Both the position numbers and the translations under genes were made by a program. The notes below the pieces were generated by a model, which searched no databases, was not told where the DNA came from, and saw only the letters and a program-made list of their open reading frames with translations. DNA of 64,000 nt, taken from NCBI GenBank assembly GCA_030141605.1, contig JAQGDQ010000526.1:1-64000 (forward strand), read 5' to 3'. This document shows positions 13,455 through 22,182 of the stretch, piece by piece; the first letter of the stretch is position 1; each line of letters starts with the position of its first letter. This stretch comes from Tubiluchus corallicola. Taxonomy: Eukaryota; Animalia; Priapulida.

Positions 13455-16400
13455 TCTTTCTCTCTCTCTCTCTCTCTTGCTTTCTCTCTCTCTCTCATTC
13501 TATCTCTCTCTCTCTCTGCCTCTCTCCCTCTTTCTCCCTCCCTCCCTCTCTCTGTCTCTCTCCCTCTCTCTCTTTCTCCCTCCCTCTCTCGCTCTCTCTC
13601 ATTCTCTCTCTCTCTCACTCTCTCTCTTTCTCCCTCCCCCCTCTCTCTCTCATTCTCTCTCTGTCTCTTTCTCAATCCTTTCTCTTTCATTTTTTCTTTT
13701 TTTTCTAAATTTAATTCTGCTTGTGCTTTATCCTTTCTTTGTCTTTTGCAAAACGCTTCAAAGTCAATTTGTCATATATTATTGCCTGTAATCTGATGTA
13801 GCCGCCATTGTTTTCGTTGGTTGGCAATTGTTGCGATGTGAGTTACCTTCATTTGTACTGGTATTAAACGATCCAAATTGTCTACTCCTATTCTGTTTTG
13901 CAAGCCACTATAAAAACTTGTTCATTAAATTTTAGGAAAGTTAAAATCGTGGAAGTGAACGACAGCAAGTTCATTGGCATTTCCGTCTACAGCGTCGCTC
14001 TAATGTGCGTTCTTGGAGTTCCTGTTATTATAGCATTAGGTAAGGAAAGACTCAAAAGAACCATAATTATTGTAACAACAAGCAAAAATCGTTGCTCCTA
14101 ACAATGAACACTAAATTACTTACACGAAACATTATTAGTTTCATTTACTAAGTATGATCATTATAACGTAATATTATTGAACAAATAATCAACATCAATA
14201 GTTAGGATCAATACCGTAAAACGGGGTGAGTTCGCCACTTTTTAGGGGTATTTTTTTACGTTTCTTGCCATAGCAAGAGAATTACTCAACCGATTTTCTT
14301 GATTCAAGCTTTATATTGCCTTTCGAATGAAACACTATCGTTGGGTGAATTCGCCACTAACGATTTAACACTCTTTAATGCCATTCTAGGCAGCTGAAGT
14401 TAAGTGGTTGTGATTGGCTGGTTGGGGGTGAGTTCGCCACCCTATGAAAAATTTGTATTTGTACGATTTAAAGTACAGTGTAATAAAAAAGTTAGAAACT
14501 GTATAACAGAAATCTGCTTCATGAACTATATTTCTTGTATGACAATAAAATAACAAGGTGCATGTACATCAACACCGATAAAGCCTTAAATGTCTCCGTT
14601 ACACCGCTGGCACACGTAGAATGGATCATCTGTGGCCTGGTTGCACTTGCCACAGAACCACTGGACGCAGTTCAGGCACTGCACCCAGTCGGGCCCCGTA
14701 TATCCCCGGTAATTCGTTCCACATTGAAAGCAGATGTCTGTGTTCTCATCGGGAATATCCACTTCTGGATTTCCTGCAGCGTTAGTGGAAGTCGAAGGAC
14801 CAGCTCCATCATGTCCATGGAAAGCGGCAGCTGCTAAATCAACTCCTGGTTTATGACTAACCTTCTTCCCTCTCTTGGGCTTCGTCGTAGTGCTTTCTCC
14901 CCTACGCTCCTTCAAAAGAGCAATCAAAGCGTCATCCAAGTCCCTGCCAATGTTTGAGTTACTGGCATCTGGCAACCTCTTGGTCACTTCATCAGGCCTG
15001 AAGGGCACGTAGCCACACGCCCGGAAGCCAGATGGTAAGCTTTCGCGAAAGGCTTGGGAGGACTGATCCCAGAGGCTATTGAGAAGTTGCGGGAAAGTCT
15101 CTTTTGGTATGACCCCATTTCTTTTTGTCTCCATCCGCCACTTGTCCAGGATTCGCCTCCATCTGACTTTCAGGCCCTTGAAGACTGCCACGTCAAGCGG
15201 TTGAAGAAGATGCGTGGCATTGGGAATCAAGCTGATGAAATGGATGTCATGTTCTCGGCACAGCCTGATTACCTCTGGAGAAAAGTGTGACGCCAAGTTA
15301 TCGCCAAGGATAACTTTTTTCCCAAGAAGTCGGTTGGCATGAGGAAGAAATAAAGAGGTGAACCACCGCTCAAAGGTCTCCATGTTGAACCACCCACTTG
15401 TTGTGCAATCATAGACAGTGCCTCGTGGACCTCCTTTTGTCCAGTTTTCGTAAATGTTCATGGCTTTGTATACTACCATAGGTGGTAGCATCGTCCCGTC
15501 GGCGGCCCCACAAGCCATCAGGGAAACGGCGACCATGGAGTGGTCCTTGATGTTCTCGATGCGTCTTGTTCCCCGACGAGTAAGGATTACTTTGGCACCA
15601 GGGTTGTCCGTGATGTTGGTTTCGTCGAAGTTGAAAATGTTCGATGGTGGGACGTTCTCAATAAGGGGCCCTACATTGGCAAGGAAGGCTTGAACGTCTT
15701 GCGCACTGATCTTCGCGCGGGCGCCCTTGATGTTGCCAGCCACTCTGAAAAGCAGATTGTTCCTTCGGGCGAATGATTTTACAAAGTCTATTCCAGGGGT
15801 GTTTGCCTTGAATCGTCGTTCCTGGATTCCCTTCGCGTCAAGAACACTCTTAATCAGTAGGCGGAGATCGCTGGCAGTCATTGGGAACCCCCACTCAGCG
15901 GCCACTTGGAGTGTGTTGGCGATTTCGTGCTCCTCGGCGGCAGAGAACACTGGCTGACCTCCGGTCTTCCGCGGATGACTTCCAGAAAGATTGTCAGAAA
16001 GGGTCTTTCTTGGAACTCCGAATTGCCTCGCCGCTGCACTTATTGTCCTGTTGGTATTCTTGACGGCATGTAGGGCAGCTTCCAGAGCTTCTGGGGTATA
16101 ATTTTGGTATCTATGACCCGGTACAGGGGTGTAGATGCGTGGCATGTTAAGTAGCAAGAAATAGTAGACAAATAATATGTAGCGCAGAATGGAATGCTTC
16201 TAGTTCGAACTGAAAGAAGATAATTGTCGCAAACTGTTTAGAATGACAGTGATCATGATATCTGTTCATTAAACAATGAACAATAGTTACAGGAAACCTA
16301 TAATGGCCATTACATCATCCATTACATAAGGGGTGGCGAACTCACCCCCGGATGGCGAACTCACCCCGTTTTACGGTAGATATGAGCGTAAGGAGAAATA

Positions 16401-19400
16401 ATACCCTACACATTGACTTAACATTTGACTAGGTATAACTCTTTAGTAATTAACTTACTTTTACATTTTTGTAGGGGATCAACCGGGAGTTTCATACGCC
16501 ATCTTCTCTATTATAGTATTTTTCTGTACAACGTTAACCCTATGTTTTGTCTTTGTACCAAAGGTAAGCGTATCAATTATTGCTCGCAATATTTACCCAC
16601 TGTAGTTAAAATTTCACAGTCAAACATTTATTTAAATATTTACTTGAACCTTTATACTATTGTTACTTACATTACAAAATTGAATTTATGTTCATTGTTC
16701 AGTAGTTAGATAGCCAAAAGATATATGATATAATATTATATAGATAATTTAACAATTTACCCTGCAGATTACAAATCTTGAATGGTATGAAACTATGCTA
16801 CATTCCACAAACAAACAAACAAACAAATATGTTAGTAGTAACAGAACTGTCATTGCATTATTCTGACAATGCAGTAAGAATGATTACTTTGAGTCTGACA
16901 GTGATAACTTTGAGTCAAACAATGATTAATTTGAGTCTAACAATGATTACTTTGAGTCTGACAATGATTATTTTGAGTAAACAGAAGAGAGGCGCAAACC
17001 AGTTGAGTACTGCTAAAGGCTGATCAACTATCAAATTCGAACTAATGTATTTTACCACAAATGTACATGTGAGAAAAATTTTGTATAGTATCATTACCAA
17101 AATAAAACCGAAATATCAATACGGAATGTACATGTCCAGTACAGAAACGAGCGAATTCTATTCTTACTAGTCCGAACCAACAGCTGACATGTAACCTGTC
17201 ACATCAGTGACAAGAAAACCAGCAAATGAAAATTATTTTCAGGTTACAGCAGTAAAAAATAACACAGTAGACGACGTCAATGTTTCCACGATGAATTCTT
17301 ATGCTGTCAGTGTACCTGGAACTCATGGATCTGTGCAGGTATAAATTTATTATTAGGTCTAATGTTGAGCTAATTTGCTAGTAGGCCTAGCGTCGCATCT
17401 CATGATTACAGCATAACTTCAGAAACATACAGTTACAGATACAATTATTAATTTTGTGCAGTCTATTTTGTAAATTAATAAGACGTAAGCTGAGATAATA
17501 ACAGATAACAGCAGGTAACTACTGTACCATTAATAACATCATACTGAATATGTAGACCGGTCTTCGTCAGTATATCAGTGTGGATTAGGCAAATATCGCA
17601 GCAGACCAATTTGTTTACAGTTTCTTTACTTTTGCCAGTTTATATATTAGTTATAAGCTTTATTTAATTATGCCCGTAATCGGCTATATTGGGGTTCTTT
17701 CAAATAAAATTTGAAGTCATTATTAACTTGGTATTTTTTATTAATCGGGTTGGTAATGAACGTAGTTATGTGATTTTGGTGTCAAGGGAATTTAATGCGC
17801 GCAGCAGTAAAAATGTTGAATAAAATGTCCAGTTGTAATTAAACTATTAAGCTGCGTTTAGTTAGGTTGTTCACTTGTTCAGCGAAATGCAGCACGATTT
17901 GTACGAAATGGATATACCAGAATTGTTGAAGTATCTAAGATGATCTCCGAACTCGGGTGGGAAACACTAGAAATTAGACGCTGACAAACGATACTAAACA
18001 TCTTTCATGATACGGTGCATCACAGGATAAGTATAAATTTACCAACTTACATCACCTCATCTCAAAAAGATAACAACAAATTTTTTCAGCCATCAGCAAG
18101 AGTCAATATTTATTTATACTCCTTCTACCCCAGAGCAATACGTTTGTAGAACAAACTTCCACCGGATATCAGAGAAATCACTTTTAGAGATCACTTTCGA
18201 GCACTAGCACCCTCTGCTGTTTCTACCATGAGGGTGCCATGCCACCTAACCTGTCTGTAAATCTAACTGTGTTTTAAGCCCGCATCCACCATGTTTGTTT
18301 TGCTTGTATCACCTCTTCTCATAACCTCTAATACCATCACCAGTTGGCGAGTAGCAGCGTGTATACTAACCATGTGCACCCCAAAACTTCTAGTATGTCA
18401 TCAAAGACTTTTAGAAGTATATTATTCAAGAGTTCAAGTTAAAAAGAAGTGTAGTTAAGCACCAAGTTAAATGTGAAATAGAAGTTGTAAGTATCGGAAT
18501 AATGGGTATAAATATGACTTACTTGTCGTTCAACAAAATGTGAAATGGCAGAATGAACTGAGAAGCAGAAACTAATTAATTTTAACGCAGTATGGATAAT
18601 TGGTTAGCCGCTTAAATAAATTGGGCGAAATCAGCAAGAGCACCAAAAGCAGCCTTACATTTTGATCTGTTACAGTTTTCTGCAGTTTAGTTTTCGTTAG
18701 CTGGTACATGCACTAATATTTAGTTTTTAATTTGCTAAACGCTGAGGTACCATTTTTTAAACAAAATTTAGGAGTTACCGCTAACTTGACTCATAGTTTT
18801 GAATGACGTACAAAATTTGAAATATTTTGCATATATATAATATAGATAGGCATAATAATAATTTTGCAAATAATGTATGTATAGTACGTGCTGTAAATTT
18901 AGTGTATGATTAACTTTTCACTTGCAAATAAAAGCTTTTCTGTTAGTCTAAATTACACACATCTTCGCTAAATGGTTTGGAAATGATTTGTATAACAAAC
19001 AAAATTCATTTCCTGCGCAATAAATTCTTAACGACGTCAAATATTTTCAGGAACGAAAAGTTGACGTTCAAAAACTGAAGGATAAAATTGATACCCTCCG
19101 AAAAGAGTTAGTATGCCGATTTTATTTTATTTTTATTTCTTTAAGTGCGCTTACGGATTTATATAGGCACTACTGCAACAGCTTGGTGGGTTATGTCAGC
19201 TTCTTTGAAATAATTTTCCAACTTTATATCACAAATTTCAACTTCCTATATTGACAGTCATTTTTTAACACATAAAACATCAGGTGACATGATGAAAGCA
19301 CAACTCCAACACTGCAATCATGTACGTACCTGGATCGGTAAAACGTTTAATTCCGACGAATTATCTAAATCTGTTAAACAATAACGTTATTTATTAATTA

Positions 19401-19683
19401 TTACGGAATAAGACCCATTAATTAGTGTTTATGCTTTATCCACGTCAATTAAAAGAGCATGAAATGATACTGCTCTTCAAAGATGTTAAAAAATGTACAT
19501 CGTTAACTTGATAGTGCTGGTACTGAAGTGTCAGCATCAATTTCTTTACGAAAACTACGACGACTAAATTCGTGTTTTCTTATTTGTAGGAAAACCATCC
19601 TTGAAGCTGAAAATTTAGCGCTCAAAAGGAAATTATTACAAGCGGATAATCAATCAACACGAGAAAAGAGCCCCAGTCTATAA
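278..19683 (+). CDS. GABBR2: GABA-B receptor subunit 2-like class C GPCR, 5'-partial; join(278..469,1852..1991,3045..3150,4113..4260,5951..6101,6513..6645,10997..11104,12502..12624,12927..13066,13936..14039,16475..16563,17243..17338,19051..19106,19590..19683)
   Basis: All 14 exons join in phase. Family motifs: YGPKYVW, YDGMWTIAMAL, LENFTYND..AMYNTSFPGISG, LIKLSSPNVNNII, LGFTLTFGGLFVKTWRVY, YKALVLLYGAVLAWETR, NDSKFIGISVY, TLCFVFVPK, then a coiled coil. IKLSSP, AWETR and NDSK resemble B2 rather than B1. Strict orthology is untested, and the N-terminal exons lie upstream of the window. Confidence 0.88.
1182..1700 (+). mobile_element. Family A element, diverged 5' part
   Basis: Starts TTAAAGG; aligns by eye to 7385-7850. 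Confidence 0.55.
1852..1991 (+). CDS. GABA-B2-like exon (VFT)
   Basis: cag|ACG..CG|gtaact; WSYDGMWTIAMALD. Confidence 0.85.
2630..2815. repeat. (GA)n microsatellite
   Basis: Seen directly. Confidence 0.95.
3045..3150 (+). CDS. GABA-B2-like exon (VFT)
   Basis: tag|G..TCC|gtatgc; LENFTYNDAELREKYLAAMYNTSFPGIS. Confidence 0.85.
4113..4260 (+). CDS. GABA-B2-like exon (end of VFT)
   Basis: cag|GGT..G|gtatat; GQVEYDENGDRIGMIKVEQ. Confidence 0.85.
5951..6101 (+). CDS. GABA-B2-like exon (stalk + TM1)
   Basis: aag|GT..AA|gtgagt; GGITPRDG..LYIVMCCIAFTGIVLALFFLSFNI. Confidence 0.88.
6513..6645 (+). CDS. GABA-B2-like exon (ICL1 + TM2)
   Basis: tag|G..AAC|gtaagt; LIKLSSPNVNNIIAVGSLFCYTSVFILGLD. Confidence 0.9.
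7385..8051 (+). mobile_element. Non-autonomous TTAA-flanked (Kolobok-like) element, family A
   Basis: TTAA-GG..CCT-TTAA ends. Internal IR TTTAAACTCCCGCGATG / CATCGCGGGAAGTTTAAA. Homologous copies at 1182-~1700, ~20000-20186 and 41098-41546. Confidence 0.6.
9693..10830 (+). mobile_element. 5'-truncated non-LTR retrotransposon (CR1/L2-group) with 13-bp TSD
   Basis: ORF2 C-terminus ILPAIEYGNVVWSGC..LENIQ..AARI, a frameshift in the T-run near 9931, then FKIIN..WNNLP..CNCG..ESVEHFLLHC to 10579. TSD AAATATACTTGTG at 9680-9692 and 10831-10843. Confidence 0.8.
10997..11104 (+). CDS. GABA-B2-like exon (TM3 + ICL2), ends at a GC donor
   Basis: cag|ATT..CTG|gcaagt; IQPWLLSLGFTLTFGGLFVKTWRVYRIFTNRSKRKL. 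Confidence 0.85.
12020..12092. repeat. (TTCA)n/(TTTC)n microsatellite
   Basis: Seen directly. Confidence 0.9.
12502..12624 (+). CDS. GABA-B2-like exon (TM4)
   Basis: cag|GTT..GAG|gtaaat; VIKDLQLF..IDLIILSVWVAVDPM. Confidence 0.88.
12927..13066 (+). CDS. GABA-B2-like exon (ECL2 + TM5)
   Basis: cag|TTC..AG|gtacat; CRSSYQYVFLGAILGYKALVLLYGAVLAWETR. Confidence 0.9.
13395..13690. repeat. (CT)n microsatellite
   Basis: Seen directly. Confidence 0.95.
13936..14039 (+). CDS. GABA-B2-like exon (ICL3 + TM6)
   Basis: tag|G..G|gtaagg; KVKIVEVNDSKFIGISVYSVALMCVLGVPV. Confidence 0.9.
14214..16376 (-). mobile_element. Full-length pogo-superfamily (Fot/Passer-like, DD35D) DNA transposon
   Basis: Perfect 24-bp TIRs CCGTAAAACGGGGTGAGTTCGCCA (14214-14237 / 16353-16376). 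TA on both sides (14212-13, 16377-78). Inner 19-bp inverted copy at 14424-14442 / 16331-16349. Intact transposase. Confidence 0.95.
14586..16145 (-). CDS. pogo-type transposase, 519 aa (HTH-psq, CENP-B-like HTH, DDE_1, C-terminal PHD-like Cys finger)
   Basis: First ATG at 16145 (MPRIY). TISAAARQFGVPRKTL; FNFDETN; GWFN; GDNLASH..QPLD with 35 residues between the 2nd and 3rd Asp; CxxC..WVQCxxCxxWFCxxC..CxxC. Confidence 0.92.
   Translation of the reverse strand: MPRIYTPVPGHRYQNYTPEALEAALHAVKNTNRTISAAARQFGVPRKTLSDNLSGSHPRKTGGQPVFSAAEEHEIANTLQVAAEWGFPMTASDLRLLIKSVLDAKGIQERRFKANTPGIDFVKSFARRNNLLFRVAGNIKGARAKISAQDVQAFLANVGPLIENVPPSNIFNFDETNITDNPGAKVILTRRGTRRIENIKDHSMVAVSLMACGAADGTMLPPMVVYKAMNIYENWTKGGPRGTVYDCTTSGWFNMETFERWFTSLFLPHANRLLGKKVILGDNLASHFSPEVIRLCREHDIHFISLIPNATHLLQPLDVAVFKGLKVRWRRILDKWRMETKRNGVIPKETFPQLLNSLWDQSSQAFRESLPSGFRACGYVPFRPDEVTKRLPDASNSNIGRDLDDALIALLKERRGESTTTKPKRGKKVSHKPGVDLAAAAFHGHDGAGPSTSTNAAGNPEVDIPDENTDICFQCGTNYRGYTGPDWVQCLNCVQWFCGKCNQATDDPFYVCQRCNGDI
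16475..16563 (+). CDS. GABA-B2-like exon (TM7)
   Basis: tag|GG..AAG|gtaagc; DQPGVSYAIFSIIVFFCTTLTLCFVFVPK. Confidence 0.9.
16879..16983. repeat. 21-bp minisatellite x5
   Basis: AATGATTACTTTGAGTCTGAC consensus. Confidence 0.85.
17243..17338 (+). CDS. GABA-B2-like exon (C-tail)
   Basis: ttttcag|GTT..CAG|gtataa; phase 0/0, open frame, low conservation. Confidence 0.6.
19051..19106 (+). CDS. GABA-B2-like exon (coiled coil, first half)
   Basis: ttttcag|GAA..GA|gttagt; ERKVDVQKLKDKIDTLRK. Confidence 0.65.
19590..19683 (+). CDS. GABA-B2-like last exon (coiled coil, stop)
   Basis: tttgtag|G; KTILEAENLALKRKLLQ..KSPSL*; AATAAA at 19684-19689. Confidence 0.65.
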
Positions 19684-19999
19684 AATAAACACCAATCTCT
19701 GTATCTGTTGTTGACAATTTAAATTTGTTGTACTCGTATTTACAGTATTGAATATTATACCTGCCGTATCATACGGTGGAATAGATGACGTTAGACGCAA
19801 TAGGTGGCGTTGCTTTATTTAAATATGAAGACAAGAAAGAAAACAATCTTAATCGATACAACCCATTCTCAGCATTACACATTGTGCAAGATATAAACGT
19901 GTTTAAAGATAGAGAAGCCGTTGAATGCTAGGGCCACGGGTAACGCATATCATTTATTACTAGATACTAAGGCATTTTATAATAATTCCCACATACACA

Positions 20000-20186
20000 C
20001 AGTTGTGTGTATATGACGTCATGTAATGGTGCAGTCGGAACAGCATTGCGGGAGATTTAAAATGAAAACAAACAAAAAATCCTTTCAACGCGAGTACGAT
20101 ATACGCATAAAATTGCTGTAAAGTAATATAACTTTTAAGGCGATTTTCCTGAAACCACTTCAGGTACCCCTTTTTTTGTCCTTTAA
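20000..20186 (+). mobile_element. Family A element, 3' end
   Basis: TTTCAACGCGAGTACGATATACGCA shared with 7944-7968; ends CCTTTAA. Confidence 0.6.
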
Positions 20187-20640
20187 TGCTTGCATAACAA
20201 TGGAAACAAGTTAAGGGTATAATGGAGAGCAGTTCATATTAGCAGACAGACTGCTCAAGCGTTACTACAAAATTTAGAGGACGTTCATTTTTCATAAGCG
20301 CTGCCTACGATTTATAATATTGATGTGCAGTATGTACCCGCCAAAAAGCATTAATTACCTAGTTGCTCTTTACTCTTATTTTTGGTATGAGCACAATTAT
20401 TGTTGTTAAAGTTGACGAGAATAAACTGAGTATTGAAAAAGTACCACCAGTTGTACGTTCAATAAATTTCTAATAGCTGTGTCAAGGTACACGCACGCAC
20501 ACAGTACTTATGTGTAATGTCTACTGTATGGTGGATGAATAAATTAAGTGTCAGGTACAACTGATACAGAACACACAATTTATCTGTACAATTTTGTAAC
20601 TACAGCAGAGGGTCACTGCAGTAAATACTTTTTGTGTTAT

Positions 20641-20980
20641 TAATAATAATCACAAACATAATAACGGTAGTACAAAATTAATTATGGTTATCATTTATTA
20701 TACAAATATTGTGTTGTGTAAATGAATAGTATTTACTAGGGGTGAGCAATCTCTACCAGAAAGCGAATTCGAATCGAATTTATGACTTTCGAATTCGAGT
20801 CGAACCGTATTAGTAATAATCACAAACATAATAACAGCAGTACAAAATTAATTATGGTTATCATTTATTATACAAATATTGTGTTGTGTAAATAAATAGT
20901 ATTTACTAGGGGTGAACAATCTCTACCAGAAAGTGAATTCGAATCGAATTTGTGACTTTCGAATTCGAGTCGAACCGTAT
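20641..20980. repeat. 170-bp tandem duplication
   Basis: Two near-identical units, period 170. Confidence 0.9.
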
Positions 20981-21294
20981 TTCAGTATTTCGAATCCAAA
21001 TCGAATTTGAATTGAGTTTGAAAGATTTTCAAACAAATTTTCGAATCAGTAGTAAAAAGTGGTCTTAAAAAATATTACTTGATTTTGTATATGTAGTAGA
21101 ACCACTATTAGTTTGCTAGAAATTTTGCACAGAAACTGCAGCTAAATTGTGCTAATTTCATGCTGCTTCAAACACTTTAATGATAAAGAACATACGTGGC
21201 TGAAGTGCTGAATTATTCGAATCTATGATTTTAGGTCCAAATCGAATTCGAACTAAAAAATTCGTGCGAATCAAAATCTCAATGCTCACTCTTA
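20907..21294. mobile_element. hAT-type MITE
   Basis: TAGGGGTGAACA..TGCTCACTCTTA ends; 8-bp TSD GTATTTAC/GTGTTTAC; many TTCGAA/CGAAT subterminal motifs. Confidence 0.65.
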
Positions 21295-22095
21295 GTGTTT
21301 ACTATGAAGTTAGACTCAGTAATCTAATTTTTGTAGCATTACTGGTAAAATCAATAGCACTTTAGCATTTAAAAATTGCGACACTTTTGGTAGCTTAAAT
21401 GAAAGTAATTTCTTTTCAAGTGAAAGCTACTTCACAAAAGGCCCATATTGTAAGTCTTTATTTTAAAGACTGTATAAACATCTTCTAAAAGTTTATTATA
21501 AAATTCTAATTTACAGACTGATATATCTACCTGAAAAAAGGCAGGTAGAGCAAATTTGAAGCAAGTAGTCAAGTACTGCATATTAAAACTAAAATTTTTG
21601 CATCTTGTAACACTTCACACCTGTCTTGCAGATCTAGTTCAATGGCAGAAAATTTTTAACTTACTAAGTTGTAATTAAACAAAACTACAATAGTAGTGTT
21701 GTAATAAGTGATACGGTAGCATTAAATTTCAGGTGAAGTGTCTTTCTTACCAGCAAAACATTGATGTACAAATAAACCAAATGGAAACTAAATTTGATTA
21801 TCGAACAAAGAAATTTCAAAGACAGTTCACATGTAATTGTATTGTATCTAAAAAATGGCAATTGCATAGGAGGGCAATTCATATACAGGTTTAATTTAAT
21901 ACAGAAAAGCATCGATTAAAAATCTCTTCAAAATTTTATAAAAAAAACACTAAATTAAAAAACTACAAGATGGGATACCATTTGTTATAAAACACTGACA
22001 AGAGTAAATACCAGAACTAAAAAGGGTTTAAAACTAAAGGAGTTCTTGTACAGTATTATCAAGATATTCAAAAAAAATATTTATAAAGCTAAAAG

Positions 22096-22182
22096 ATCAT
22101 TGTTAATCAAAATTAAAATCATAAATCATTGTTAATCAAAATTAAAATCATAAATCATTGTTAATCAAAATTAAAATCATAA
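22096..22182. repeat. 29-bp exact repeat x3 overlapping the CWF19L1 stop
   Basis: ATCATTGTTAATCAAAATTAAAATCATAA x3. Confidence 0.9.

Noticed and set aside
14535-16063. Plus-strand ORFs inside the transposon, and short ORFs overlapping CWF19L1 and TRIP4
   Set aside because: Antisense or off-frame shadows of real CDS with no recognisable motifs.
16146-16157. TTG/GTG starts in the ORF track (also 36540 for MGAT2)
   Set aside because: Eukaryotic genes; in-frame ATGs at 16145 and 36570 fit better.
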